Shown: piece by piece, positions 54,186 through 64,000 of the stretch
Layout of the letters: each line of letters begins with the position of its first letter
Position numbering within the stretch: position 1 is the stretch's first letter
Source: the human T2T-CHM13v2.0 reference genome, Homo sapiens
Length of the DNA stretch: 64,000 bases
Assembly (NCBI RefSeq): GCF_009914755.1
Contig: NC_060938.1
Reading direction: 5' to 3' (one strand)
Made by a program: the position numbers and the translations under genes
Notes under the pieces: generated by a model
What the model saw: the letters and a program-made list of their open reading frames with translations, nothing else
Databases searched by the model: none
Told to the model about the DNA's origin: nothing

Positions 54186-54643
54186 GTACCCAATTTCCCT
54201 TTGGTAATTATCTGTCCCTTTGCTGCTCTCCCACATGGGAAGCCTAAAGACTCCTCCCACCAGATCTTTCCTTCCCTCACCCAGCATAAGCATGTGTGTG
54301 ACCTCACCTCAGGTGGGGTGTTTGGGGAGGTGATTAGATCATGAGGCCTCAGCTTTCTGTCTGAGCACCTTTAATCTGGAAGCTAGTAATAACAGGGTTG
54401 AAAAAGAAGTTTGGAATTGAAGGTCCCTCAATAAAATGAAACTCCAAGAATTGTTTGTTTGTTCACTGCTATATTTCCATAATCTAAAACTGTAAGTGGC
54501 AAGTATTTGTTGAGTAGAAGAATAATATATTCGGAGTGGGGAACCACTCTGAATGCTGGCCCTTTAGGTCTTTAGCTGTGGACATTCCTAGCTAAAGCTC
54601 ATAAATTGGCTACTGGTTTTCTGCATTCTGTGCTGCTCTAGAT

Positions 54644-54844
54644 CTAGGGTTGGCAAACTTTCTCTAAAGGTCCAGACAATAAACATTAGGCTTTGCAGGC
54701 AATATGGTTTCTGTTATGCAACTACATAACTCTGCCATTAAAATGTGCAAACAAATGGATGTGGCTGTGTTCCAATAAAAACTTTGTTAAAAATCAGGTG
54801 GCAGGTTAGATTTGACTTCAAGGTCCACCCAATCCCTGCTCTAG
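54644..54844. mobile_element. MER58A-like hAT MITE
   Basis: ctagggttggcaaactttctctaaagg...tggctgtgttccaataaaa...ccctgctctag. Confidence 0.85.
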
Positions 54845-55009
54845 ACAAATAGTGTTCTTTATGCTTCCTTTCCTATTATTCCCTATTCGTCCTTCCCCAC
54901 TCCTAGCCACTAGAACCTCATTAAGAATGCCACATATTCCTGACAAAGATGCACCTACATTGAGAATACAATTTGGCATTTGCTGAGTGGATGGGTTAGT
55001 TCTCAAGAG

Positions 55010-56672
55010 CTCTAGACTGAGGGTACACAGAAAGCCCCCACTAGGGCAATGCCCAGAGGAGATGTTAGGGTACCTTAGAACTCAGATTGGTAGAGCCACC
55101 AATGTGCAACTCTGGCCTGGAAAAGCAGCAGGCAAGTGATTCCAACCCATCAGAGCTACAGCATGGGCTGTGTCCAGCAAAGCCATGGGGCTGGGCCATC
55201 TTAATTCTCAAGTGCCCAACTCCTGCCTCCATTATTCTCAAGCCTTGAGACTTAATGTTTTTTTTTTTAATTTTATTATTATTATACTTTAAGTTTTAGG
55301 GTACATGTGCACATTGTGCAGGTTTGTTACATATGTATACATGTGCCATGTTGGTGTGCTGCACCCATTAACTCGTCATTTAGCATTAGGTATATCTCCT
55401 AATGCTATCCCTCCCCCCACCCCACAACAGACCCCAGTGTGTGATGTTCTCCTTCCTGTGTCCATGTGTTCTCATTGTTCAATCCCCACCTATGAGTGAG
55501 AACATGCGGTGTTTGGTTTTTTGTCCTTGTGATAGTTTGCTGAGAATGATGGTTTCCAGCTTCACCCATGTCCCTACAAAGGACATGAACTCATCATTTT
55601 TTATGGCTGCATAGTATTCCATGGTGTATATGTGCCACATTTTCTTAATCCAGTCTATCATTGTTGGACATTTGGGTTGGTTCCAAGTCTTTGCTATTGT
55701 GAATAGTGCCGCAATAAACATACGTGCGCATGTGTCTTTACAATGAGATACCATCTCACACCAGTTAGAATGGCGATCATTAAAAAGTCAGGAAATAACA
55801 GGTGCTGGAGAGGATGTGGAGAAATAGGAACACTTTTACACTGTTGGTGGGACTGTAAACTAGTTCAACCATTGTGGAAGTCAGTGTGGCAATTCCTCAG
55901 GGATCTAGAACTAGAAATACCATTTGACCTAGCCATCCCATTACTGGGTATATACCCAAAGGATTATATATAGAGACTTAATGTTGTTTGCCCTGTTGGG
56001 TTTTGAACTTGGGGCCTATTTCTTCATTCATATTCTCACTTTTGGAATGGGAACATCCATTCTATGTCTGTCCTGTTACATTTTGAAAGCACATAGCTTG
56101 CTTGATTTAACAGGTTCACAACTGGAGACAAATTTGTCTCAGAATGAAATATACCTTGAGTCTCACCCATCTCTGATTTAGATATTTAAATGAGTCTCTG
56201 GACTTTAGATTTAAATTGATGCTGGAGTGAGTTAAGACTTTGGGGGTTACGGGGATGGAATGAACGTATTTTGCATGTGAGAAGGACATAAATTTTGGAG
56301 GGCCAGGGGTGGAATGCTATGGGCTGAATATTTGTGTCTCCCCCAAATTCATATGTTGCAATACTAACCCCCAAGGTGATTAGGAGGTGGGGTGTTTGGG
56401 GAGGTGATTAGATCATGAGGGTAGAACCCTCCACAGGGATTAGTGCCCTCATAAAAGAGGCCCAAAGAAGCACATTTACCCTTTCTCCTAGGTGAGAACA
56501 CAGTAAGAAGTCAGCAGTCTGCAACTCAGGAGAGGGCCCTCACAAGAATCTGTGACCATGCTGGCACTCTGATTTTGGACTTCCCAGCCTCCAGAAGTGT
56601 TAGAAAATGTCTGTTGTTTATAAGCTACCCAGTCCATGATATTTTGTTATAGCAACTCAAATGGAATAAAAC
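55010..56672 (+). mobile_element. MLT1A-type internal 3' part plus 3' LTR (about 56315-56672), interrupted by L1PA3
   Basis: MaLR internal motifs (actagggcaatgcc, gcctggaaaagc), purine tract ggagggccaggggtggaa, LTR tgctatgggctgaat...ggaataaaaca. Confidence 0.85.
55260..55972 (-). mobile_element. L1PA3-like 3' fragment with 5' inversion (twin priming)
   Basis: Antisense 3' end 55260-55740 joined to sense segment 55741-55968; 13-bp TSD GAGACTTAATGTT at 55247-55259 and 55973-55985. Confidence 0.95.
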
Positions 56673-56715
56673 ATACTCCTTCTCAACTCCCAAATGCTCC
56701 TTTAAGATGATTATT

Positions 56716-56936
56716 GTTTTGTTTGTTTGTTTTTTAGAAACAGGGTATTGCTTTGTTGCTCAGGCTGAAGTGCAGTGGCATAATCATAGCTCACTGTAAA
56801 CTCAAACTCCTGGGCTCAAGTGATCCACCCGCCTCAGCCTTCCTGAGTAGCTGGGACTACAGGCATGTGCAAACATACCTGGCTAATTTTTGTATTTCAT
56901 TTTGTTAGAGGTAGGATATCACTATGTTGCCCAGGC
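56716..56936 (-). mobile_element. 5'-truncated AluJ
   Basis: cataatcatagctcactgtaaactc; degenerate TSD ttaagatgattatt / ttaaaatgatcatt. Confidence 0.85.
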
Positions 56937-57399
56937 TTAAAATGATCATTATTAATTGTATAATGCTCCCAGTCCCTTCCCAAGATGCCAATATGTTGTT
57001 CAACTGTTTGATTCCCTCACAGGATAGTGCATTTTATTACTTACACCAAACTTCATCTATCCCAATTGTTGCCTGTCTTAAAAATGTATTCTTCCTCTAT
57101 AAGTTACACTTTATTTCAAATTATGGCCTTCAATTTTTTTTATTTGAAGAAGCACTTGTTCAAACCTTTCTATATTTGTAATGACCTGTTTGCTGCTCAT
57201 CATCCACAGGTCAATTGTCAGACAGAATATACTAACCTGGATGCATAGTTCTTTTGCTACATTTCCTAATGACAATTTACTAACCCATCTATCTCATCAT
57301 AACAATTCGCTAATTCCTTCCCCTAAAACAAAGCACTGCACAGAAAACAGAAAATATAGCCTCCACATATATTGCTCCTGTGAATCAAAAGGCAAACTC

Positions 57400-57755
57400 T
57401 TTGCTTTGGTCTGTACAGGGAAGATCTCTGGGACAGCTTCCAATGTGTCAGGGAGCAGAGCAAAGCCTTCAGTGACTGACAATGGACACTAGGGAAACAC
57501 AATACGAGTTAGATGCAGAACTCCTCCAACAGGTGACTTTGGCTCAAGGGCTCCCCACCAACCTGGCAGAACATTTCTTTGAACTGTACCATAGTCTGAG
57601 GTTCTCTCTATCCAATCCTTCCTTCCTCCTCTCCTTCCTCAGGTATCAGGTCTGCACTGTGGTCTGACGACTCTTCCTACCTTCTCCTGCTCCTCTGCCC
57701 ATTATATCTTTTGCCAGTCAAATCCTATCTACTTCTCAGGAGACCCTAACTAATG
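57400..57755 (+). mobile_element. LTR16-type ERVL LTR
   Basis: ggtgactttggctcaagggctcccc...tccaatccttccttcc...ttctcaggagaccctaactaa. Confidence 0.65.
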
Positions 57756-60404
57756 ATTTGACAACCTGTCAACATACACACAATCCTTGCACTGCTAAAA
57801 AAACAAACAACAACAACAAAACAAAAACAAAAACACCCTGAAGATCACTTTCTAGAGCCATCTAGAGGTAATCAGTCCTGTGGCATTCTGCTTCCATTTA
57901 TTCCCTCCATTTAGCTCTACCCTTCACCTCCAGCAACAGAGACAGGGACCTAGAGTACACAATGGAAAATGTGCTATATTCCTACTGGCACCCCAGCTAG
58001 CTCTCATAGCTGACAATAGGAATCTATGAACTAGATGAACATATAAAAATGTGGATAGATCTTAAAATAGCATGGAATAAAAAAGGATCAGAATAAAATT
58101 TATAGCGTGATACCACTTATGAAAATTAAAAATAGACACACAAATAACACTGCCTGTTTTTCAAAGATAAATACATAACTAAAAGTGTATAAGAAACATT
58201 AAATATGGTTGGGATAAGGGTGGGGGCTGGATAAAAAAAACTGGAGAAAAAATAAGAGAAGGCTTTTGTATAGACCAATGATGATGATGTGCTTCAACCT
58301 GAGAAATATAATCAACGTTATAAGCCTAAGGTCTAAAGGACAGAAAATAAAAGAGGAAGAGAGGAAAGACTTCTCCGACACAAAGAACTGGTGAGCTCTC
58401 CAAGGAATTAAGACTACTACCCCCACTTAAATTCACTATCCTCAATTTGTTGCCTTAGAGCTAAGTACAAATATATCTGAAACAGAGGCAATGTCTTCTT
58501 AAAATTCCATTCTGGCTGCCTTTTAAGAAAAGCTTGTCCATTAATTATATATCAACAAATCATGAACAAAGGCTATTTAGCATTTTTAGGTAGACCCATT
58601 AGAAATAGCGTTCTGTTGGTCTAATTAAAACTTTACTTCAGAATAATCCCTAACTTTTAAATGGATCTTAATACACATGTGTTGCTAGGCATCAATAACA
58701 AGAGGGCCTCTGTTGATGACTTTATAAGCACCACATAATTATATCTTCCAGTGACAAAGTAAAACCTAAGTAGTGATGCATTTGTGATTTTTATGATATA
58801 TCAAATTTAAATGTGAAACAGTAAATTTTTACAGATAAAATCATTAGCTGGAAAGGACTCATTTACATAAGGATCAAATGTCTACACAAATATAAAAATC
58901 GAATTAGCATTTAAAACCTCCAGACTTGGTTCTCTGGAAGTAAAGGCACTATTAAAAGGGAGAATTGAAATTAGATGTCTCCACAGTTCTCTACCAATAA
59001 GGATAGGGCTGCTTTGAAAAATAAATTTAACAATCTATTTAAAAGGTTCTAATTAACAAATAACTATGTAATTCAAGATTTTCTTATTTGGGTCTGCAAA
59101 GTCACCTCTATTTTGTTAAAATAAGTGATTCTTTAATTCAGGATATGATATAGCAAATTTGCTATAATTAGTGGTAATATCTCTTTCCAGTTGTTTTCAG
59201 ATTCAAGATGCCTTTACCCATAAATAAATAGATTTAAATTAATATGGCTTGGCCTTTGTCTAGTATGATCAGAGGTGAATAAAGTGAAGTCTTATTTCAA
59301 TTAGATGATTACTTAATTTGCTTGACTCTTCAGTAGTTTCAATTTCCAGCGTTTTTTGTTCAGACATAAAACCTTATAATAAAGCTACTTTAAAGTGAGA
59401 AAAGGAGATTAACAAAAATGATCACTCTTTTTGCATTGCTTCTATGGCTTTTAACTGTAAGCATCTTTTGCTTCAAACAACATTTCGAATATGTGAACAG
59501 AAGGTGATTCTTTTAAGACTTACCCTGTGGACAAAGGCTTTATTTTGGCAAGTCACCAATAGTTCTTAAGTCTACAGCTATGCAAGAACTCAGACTCAGT
59601 TGCTGACTGGCCAGATCCTTGAGCTTTACCTAGAATAATAACAATCTTAAAATTATTTGTTTATATCATGTAAAGAAAACTGTTAGCTCTCTCCTAGTCT
59701 TTCACTGGTCAGGAAAATCCCAATAGATTCCTAAAAATATACTTTGATAATGTTTATACTTTCATCCCAGAGCTGGACCCCTCAAATTAAGAAACTTGGT
59801 GTAGATAATTCGCTGAACTGGTTTCTGTTCAAATTTCTATGTCTAGAAGTGTAGAAATCTCAACTATTATGTTCTAATTCATCTTTATACTCTATGAAGA
59901 AAACTTCCCCAAAGACAGGTCACCTTGTTCAACTACATTTCAGAGAAGATAATAGTAAAAGTAAAAACTATGAATCTGACTTTTCTGGCATTAGTTTGAA
60001 ACCCCTAAGCCACAAATAACTTTAATTAGCTTATTTCGAATTATCTATTAATGACAGATAGAAACAATTTTCTGTGAAATAAGAATGTAGAGGGAAAACC
60101 AGTTAATTTTTGTTTATGTATCTTTACAAACGGTCTATATTACAGATAAAGTTAATTGAATAAAGGCAAATATGCTGAAATTGTTGACAATTGTTAAATG
60201 AGAATATTCCTAAAATCTGAACTTTTTCTTGGGAAAGCAGTTCAAAACTATAGTCTATTTAATGAGGTGGCCATCTGGTGACAGAAAGAAGCACTACAGA
60301 CAATATTTTGCATTAACATCACAACTATTCTACACAAACCGACTGAACCACATAAAAGAGAGCACAGTCCAAAAGAAACATAATTCAAGTCATACATGCA
60401 ATTT

Positions 60405-60672
60405 AAAATTTATCTAACAGCCGCATTTTCAAAATAGAAACAATAATTTTAACAATATTTTTTATTTAACCCAATGTATCAAAAATATTATTTCAACATT
60501 TAATCAATATGAAGATTAATAACGAAAGAGTTTATTTTTTTCATACTAAGCCTTCAAAATACAATGCGTACCTTACAGCACATGTCAATTTGGACAAGCC
60601 ACATTTCAAGCGATCATGGGCCCTGCGAGTCTGTGGGTAGCGGCTCACCCTGCTGGACTGCGCAGATCCAGA
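60405..60672. mobile_element. MER33/MER3-type hAT MITE abutting the CpG island
   Basis: tttatttaacccaatgtatc...tcatactaagccttcaaaat...agccacatttcaag; reverse orientation relative to the 43.9 kb copy. Confidence 0.75.
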
Positions 60673-61720
60673 GAACGACACGAGACCTGCGGTTGCTTTG
60701 GTTTGCCTTTTACTAAGTTCATTTCTCAGCCTCTCTGCCCACTCTGAAAAGTCTCCCCTTTCCCCCCTTTTAATTCTACTCTATTTTGTAAATTACTGTT
60801 GTCTCCTGAAAATTTTGGAATGCTTAAAAGGCACTCAAAAGCCTGTCCGAGATCGACTAGAAGACCCTCGGAAGGTCCCTCTCTTCTCTGGACCTCACTG
60901 GGCGTTCGTTTGCCCGCGCCGTCCTTCCATTCGGCTTGCCGGGCGCGCAGCGGCTTGCGGCTGTGGTCAGCCACCTTCCCGGGAGGCGGTGGTCGCTGGC
61001 CGCGGGAAGGATGCCGCGCTGGGGGTCGGGGTTCGTCCCGGCTGTCACGCCACCTTGTGACATCACAGGGCCATGCCCTCGGGGCTCAAGGCCAGAGAGG
61101 CTCCGCGCTTCCAGGACCCGAGAGCTAAAGATAATGAATGGGAGAGAGCGAGACTGGAGGAGGTAACGAATAAGTCCCCACCACCTTGCCCATAACGCGT
61201 TGCTTTCAGTCACGTTCCGCGAACTGGCGAAGGTAAGTGAAAAGATAAGCGCAGGTACAGAAAAACCTGCCAGCGAGAAGCTCCCGCCGTTTCCCAGGAG
61301 CCCCAGGTGGGGTCTTCCGGTTGGACCCCTGCTTCCGCTGATTGGTTGGAGGTCGCCACCACGTGATGCAAACCCGGGTCGGCCTCCGCTTCCCCCCCAC
61401 CCTTTTATCCCCCTCCCCGCCCCTTTTCTCCTCCTCCCCACCCGGAGGTCGCCGGAGGCGGAGATCAGGTTACCTAGGCAACCGCCACAGGCAGTCTGTA
61501 CACACCAGGCCTGGGGCGGGAGAGGGTTTCCTACCTTCTGCTGCAAGACAGGGATTGGGAAATCGGAGTGGACTCGGACTTGAATCGGATTGCCCCGGAA
61601 TCCACCCTCTCTCTGTGATAAGGTCAGAATCCGTCACCTGGTGGCCTTCGGGCGTACATCACCGGGAGTCTTTGATCCCCTCTTTTTCCTTCCAAGCCAT
61701 ACCAAGGGGAAGACGCCAGT
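60610..61720 (+). promoter_or_regulatory. LRRC9: CpG-island promoter and non-coding first exon region, probably LRRC9 (head-to-head with RTN1)
   Basis: CpG-rich island with CRE-like GTGACATCAC 61057-61066, ETS CTTCCGG 61314-61320, inverted CCAAT 61341-61345, E-box CACGTG 61360-61365, GC box near 61415, X-box 61469-61482, and + strand donor AAG|GTAAGT at 61232/61233. Gene name is from recalled synteny; no LRRC9 coding sequence is in the window. Confidence 0.72.
61469..61482. promoter_or_regulatory. RFX X-box at the second promoter
   Basis: GTTACCTAGGCAAC, a near-perfect palindromic X-box about 100-130 bp downstream of CCAAT, E-box and GC box. Confidence 0.8.
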
Positions 61721-62199
61721 GAAGCAAAGTTGAGGTCAAGGGAACTCCGTAATGGTGCAATGGTGATGATAATGATGAAAGACAGTGAGGTGGCTTTACT
61801 GAGGCAGTCAGGGTACCAGAACAAAGTTCAAGAGAAGGAAAGGGAGGGTGGCCTACAGCCAACTATGCAGATTTTACTGCACCAATTAAGATTCTGGGCT
61901 GGAAAAACCAAGTGCTCCCTAACCAAACCTGACACTGCTCATCTAGAGAGTGTAGGGGGTTTATTTGGACTATCAGTGGTAACTGATGGATTCTGATCCT
62001 TTTATACCCAAAGGAGGAAATAATTTGACCCATACAGGACTTCTACTGGGCAGAGAAAAAAAAAGTTTTCTCAGAATGACATCCTAACCAACTCTCACGG
62101 CAGACAGAAACCATGGTCCTTTTTACTCTATCATTATACTCTGGTCATGGAGAACGATTATGTCTTTAAATTATACCATATGCCTGTGGCATGACAATT

Positions 62200-64000
62200 A
62201 ACCCATTAAACAATTTTTTTAACAACTAGCATGTGCCAGACAGTGAACCTGTGATAGGTTCACAGTTTCTGCCTTCAATGAACATGTAACCTAGTAGGGA
62301 AGAAAGGCCCGTAAACATTGTTTTACAGTGTGACAAGTGCTATACAAAGAGTATGTGCAAGCCCTAACCAGCATCACAAGAAAGAGAATGCTTATAATAC
62401 TACCAGAGAGAATGAAAGTCTTCAAAGAGAAGATCTTTGATTTAAATCTTTAGGGAAGTATGGAGTATGCCATACAGCCAAGGGAAAAGGACATTTTAGG
62501 GAGAGGAAACAGCCCATGCCAAAGTACAGAAACATCCATTCAGTTCCAGAGAACTATAGTTGTGGCCTGAACCTAGGGTCCTCTGTGGAGGTTGTGGCTG
62601 ATGAGCATGTGAGGTAGGCAGGAGTCAGAGCATGGAAACCATTAATACCTTCCAAAGGGGTAAAGCATGAGCAGATTTACCTTTCAGGAGGCTGTCACAG
62701 TAGTGTAGAGGATGAACTTGAGGGAAGACAGACTACAGGGAGGACATCAAGTTAAGGGGAGGTGATGAGGGCCTGAACCAAGGCAGAGGCAATTGGAATG
62801 AGGAGGAGGAAAAAAAATGTGGTAAGACCTTTAAGAGGTATATGCAGAAGGATTTAATGAGTGAATGAAAATAGGGGGATAGAGTCAAAGATTGGTTGAG
62901 GATAATAGCTCAACCAATAGAAGAATGGTGGTGTTACTTTTCAAGAGAAGGCATACATTAGGAGAAGGAGGCTGGTTGGAAAATATAATGAGTTCAATTT
63001 TGAACACACTGAATTTGAGATGCCTGTGGCACATTCAGATGGAGCTTTTTCATGTGGGCAGTTGGATTTTTTTTTTTTTTTTTTTTTGCACAGAAAAGAA
63101 GATAAGGATTTTTCACCATGAAGAAAACAATTGGTTTGAAAAGCACAAAGTAGGCCAGGCACGGTGGCTCATGCCTGTAATCCCAGCACTTTGGGAAGCC
63201 GAGGCGGGTGGATCACAAGGTCAGGAGTTCGAGATTAGCCTGGCCAATATGGTGAAACCCTGTCTCTACTAAAAATACAAAAATTAGCCGGGTGTGATGG
63301 CACGCGCCTGTAGTGCCAGCTACTTGGGAGGCTGAGGCAGAAGAATTACTTGAACCTGGGAGGCAGAGGTTGGAGTGAGCCCAGATTGTGCCACTGCAGT
63401 CAAGCCTGGGCAGCAAAGTGAGATTCTGTCTCAAAAAAAAAATAAATAAATAAATAAGAAAGAAAAAAGAAAAGAAGAAAAGCACAAAGTAAGTTTGAAA
63501 TAACAAGTAGAGAGAAGCCAAGGAGAAAAGTTGAACCAAAGAAGAAAACGTGAAGAAGAGAGTCGTCAGCATTGTCAAATGCCATGTCAAGGTCAAGTTG
63601 AGAATCAAAACATGTCCGCTGTCTTTGGCCATTAGAAGGTTATTTTTGACCTTGTAGTGGCTTGAGGTGTTCTCAGTCCAGATGGCAGTGAATCCAGGAC
63701 TGAAAGCAGGTAGTGATGTGTTGCTAATGATTATCTAAAAGGTGTACCATAAAGGTATCTAAAAACAGCTATTCATAGAAGAATATAGGAGAGACTTTTT
63801 AAGATAGGAAAGACTTAATATTTATATACAGAAATAAAGGAGACCGTTGACAAGGAAATTTGGCAATAAATGAAAGAGGAAAATTTGACAGCAGTATTCT
63901 GAAAGAGACAGATAAGGATAGGATCAATACATAGGAAAAGGGATTTGTTTTGGACAAAAGGAAGAACACCTACTAAGACAGGAGTCAGAAGGGAAAGAAA
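62200..64000 (-). mobile_element. L2 LINE fragments, interrupted by an Alu
   Basis: actagcatgtgccagacagtg...atgagttcaattttgaacacactgaatttgagatgcctg...ggcagttggat. Confidence 0.75.
63153..63476 (+). mobile_element. AluSg-like
   Basis: ggatcacaaggtcaggagttcg; TSD GAAAAGCACAAAGTA at 63138-63152 and 63477-63491. Confidence 0.95.

Noticed and set aside
60698-61722. ORFs up to 229 aa over the second CpG island
   Set aside because: Same GC artefact; no leucine-rich repeat or other recognisable domain.

Overview
Human or great-ape genomic DNA, recognisable as the RTN1 5' region (14q23 in human). The only supportable host coding sequence is RTN1 (reticulon-1, isoform A) coding exon 1 on the minus strand (13660-13900, 241 bp) inside a CpG island; bases 1-13659 are RTN1 intron 1. 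A second CpG island at about 60.6-61.7 kb is a ciliary/spermatid-type promoter (RFX X-box, CCAAT, E-box, CRE-like), most likely LRRC9 from known gene order. The ~47 kb between them is mostly transposons: a rearranged full-span L1MA, 5'-truncated L1PA4 and L1PB1, a twin-primed L1PA3, six Alus in total, solo LTRs, L2, MIR and hAT MITEs; a complete THE1 MaLR lies in the RTN1 intron. I found no new gene system, CRISPR array or RNA gene. The most notable signals are near-perfect RFX X-boxes at both promoters (one inside RTN1 coding sequence), a 36-bp templated insertion copied from an LTR 2 kb away, one target site used in turn by an L1 and an Alu, inversion scars inside the L1MA, a tandem duplication across an LTR/flank junction, and an unexplained hairpin pair at 27.1-27.3 kb. 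Repeat subfamily names are from recall of consensus sequences, not from a search.
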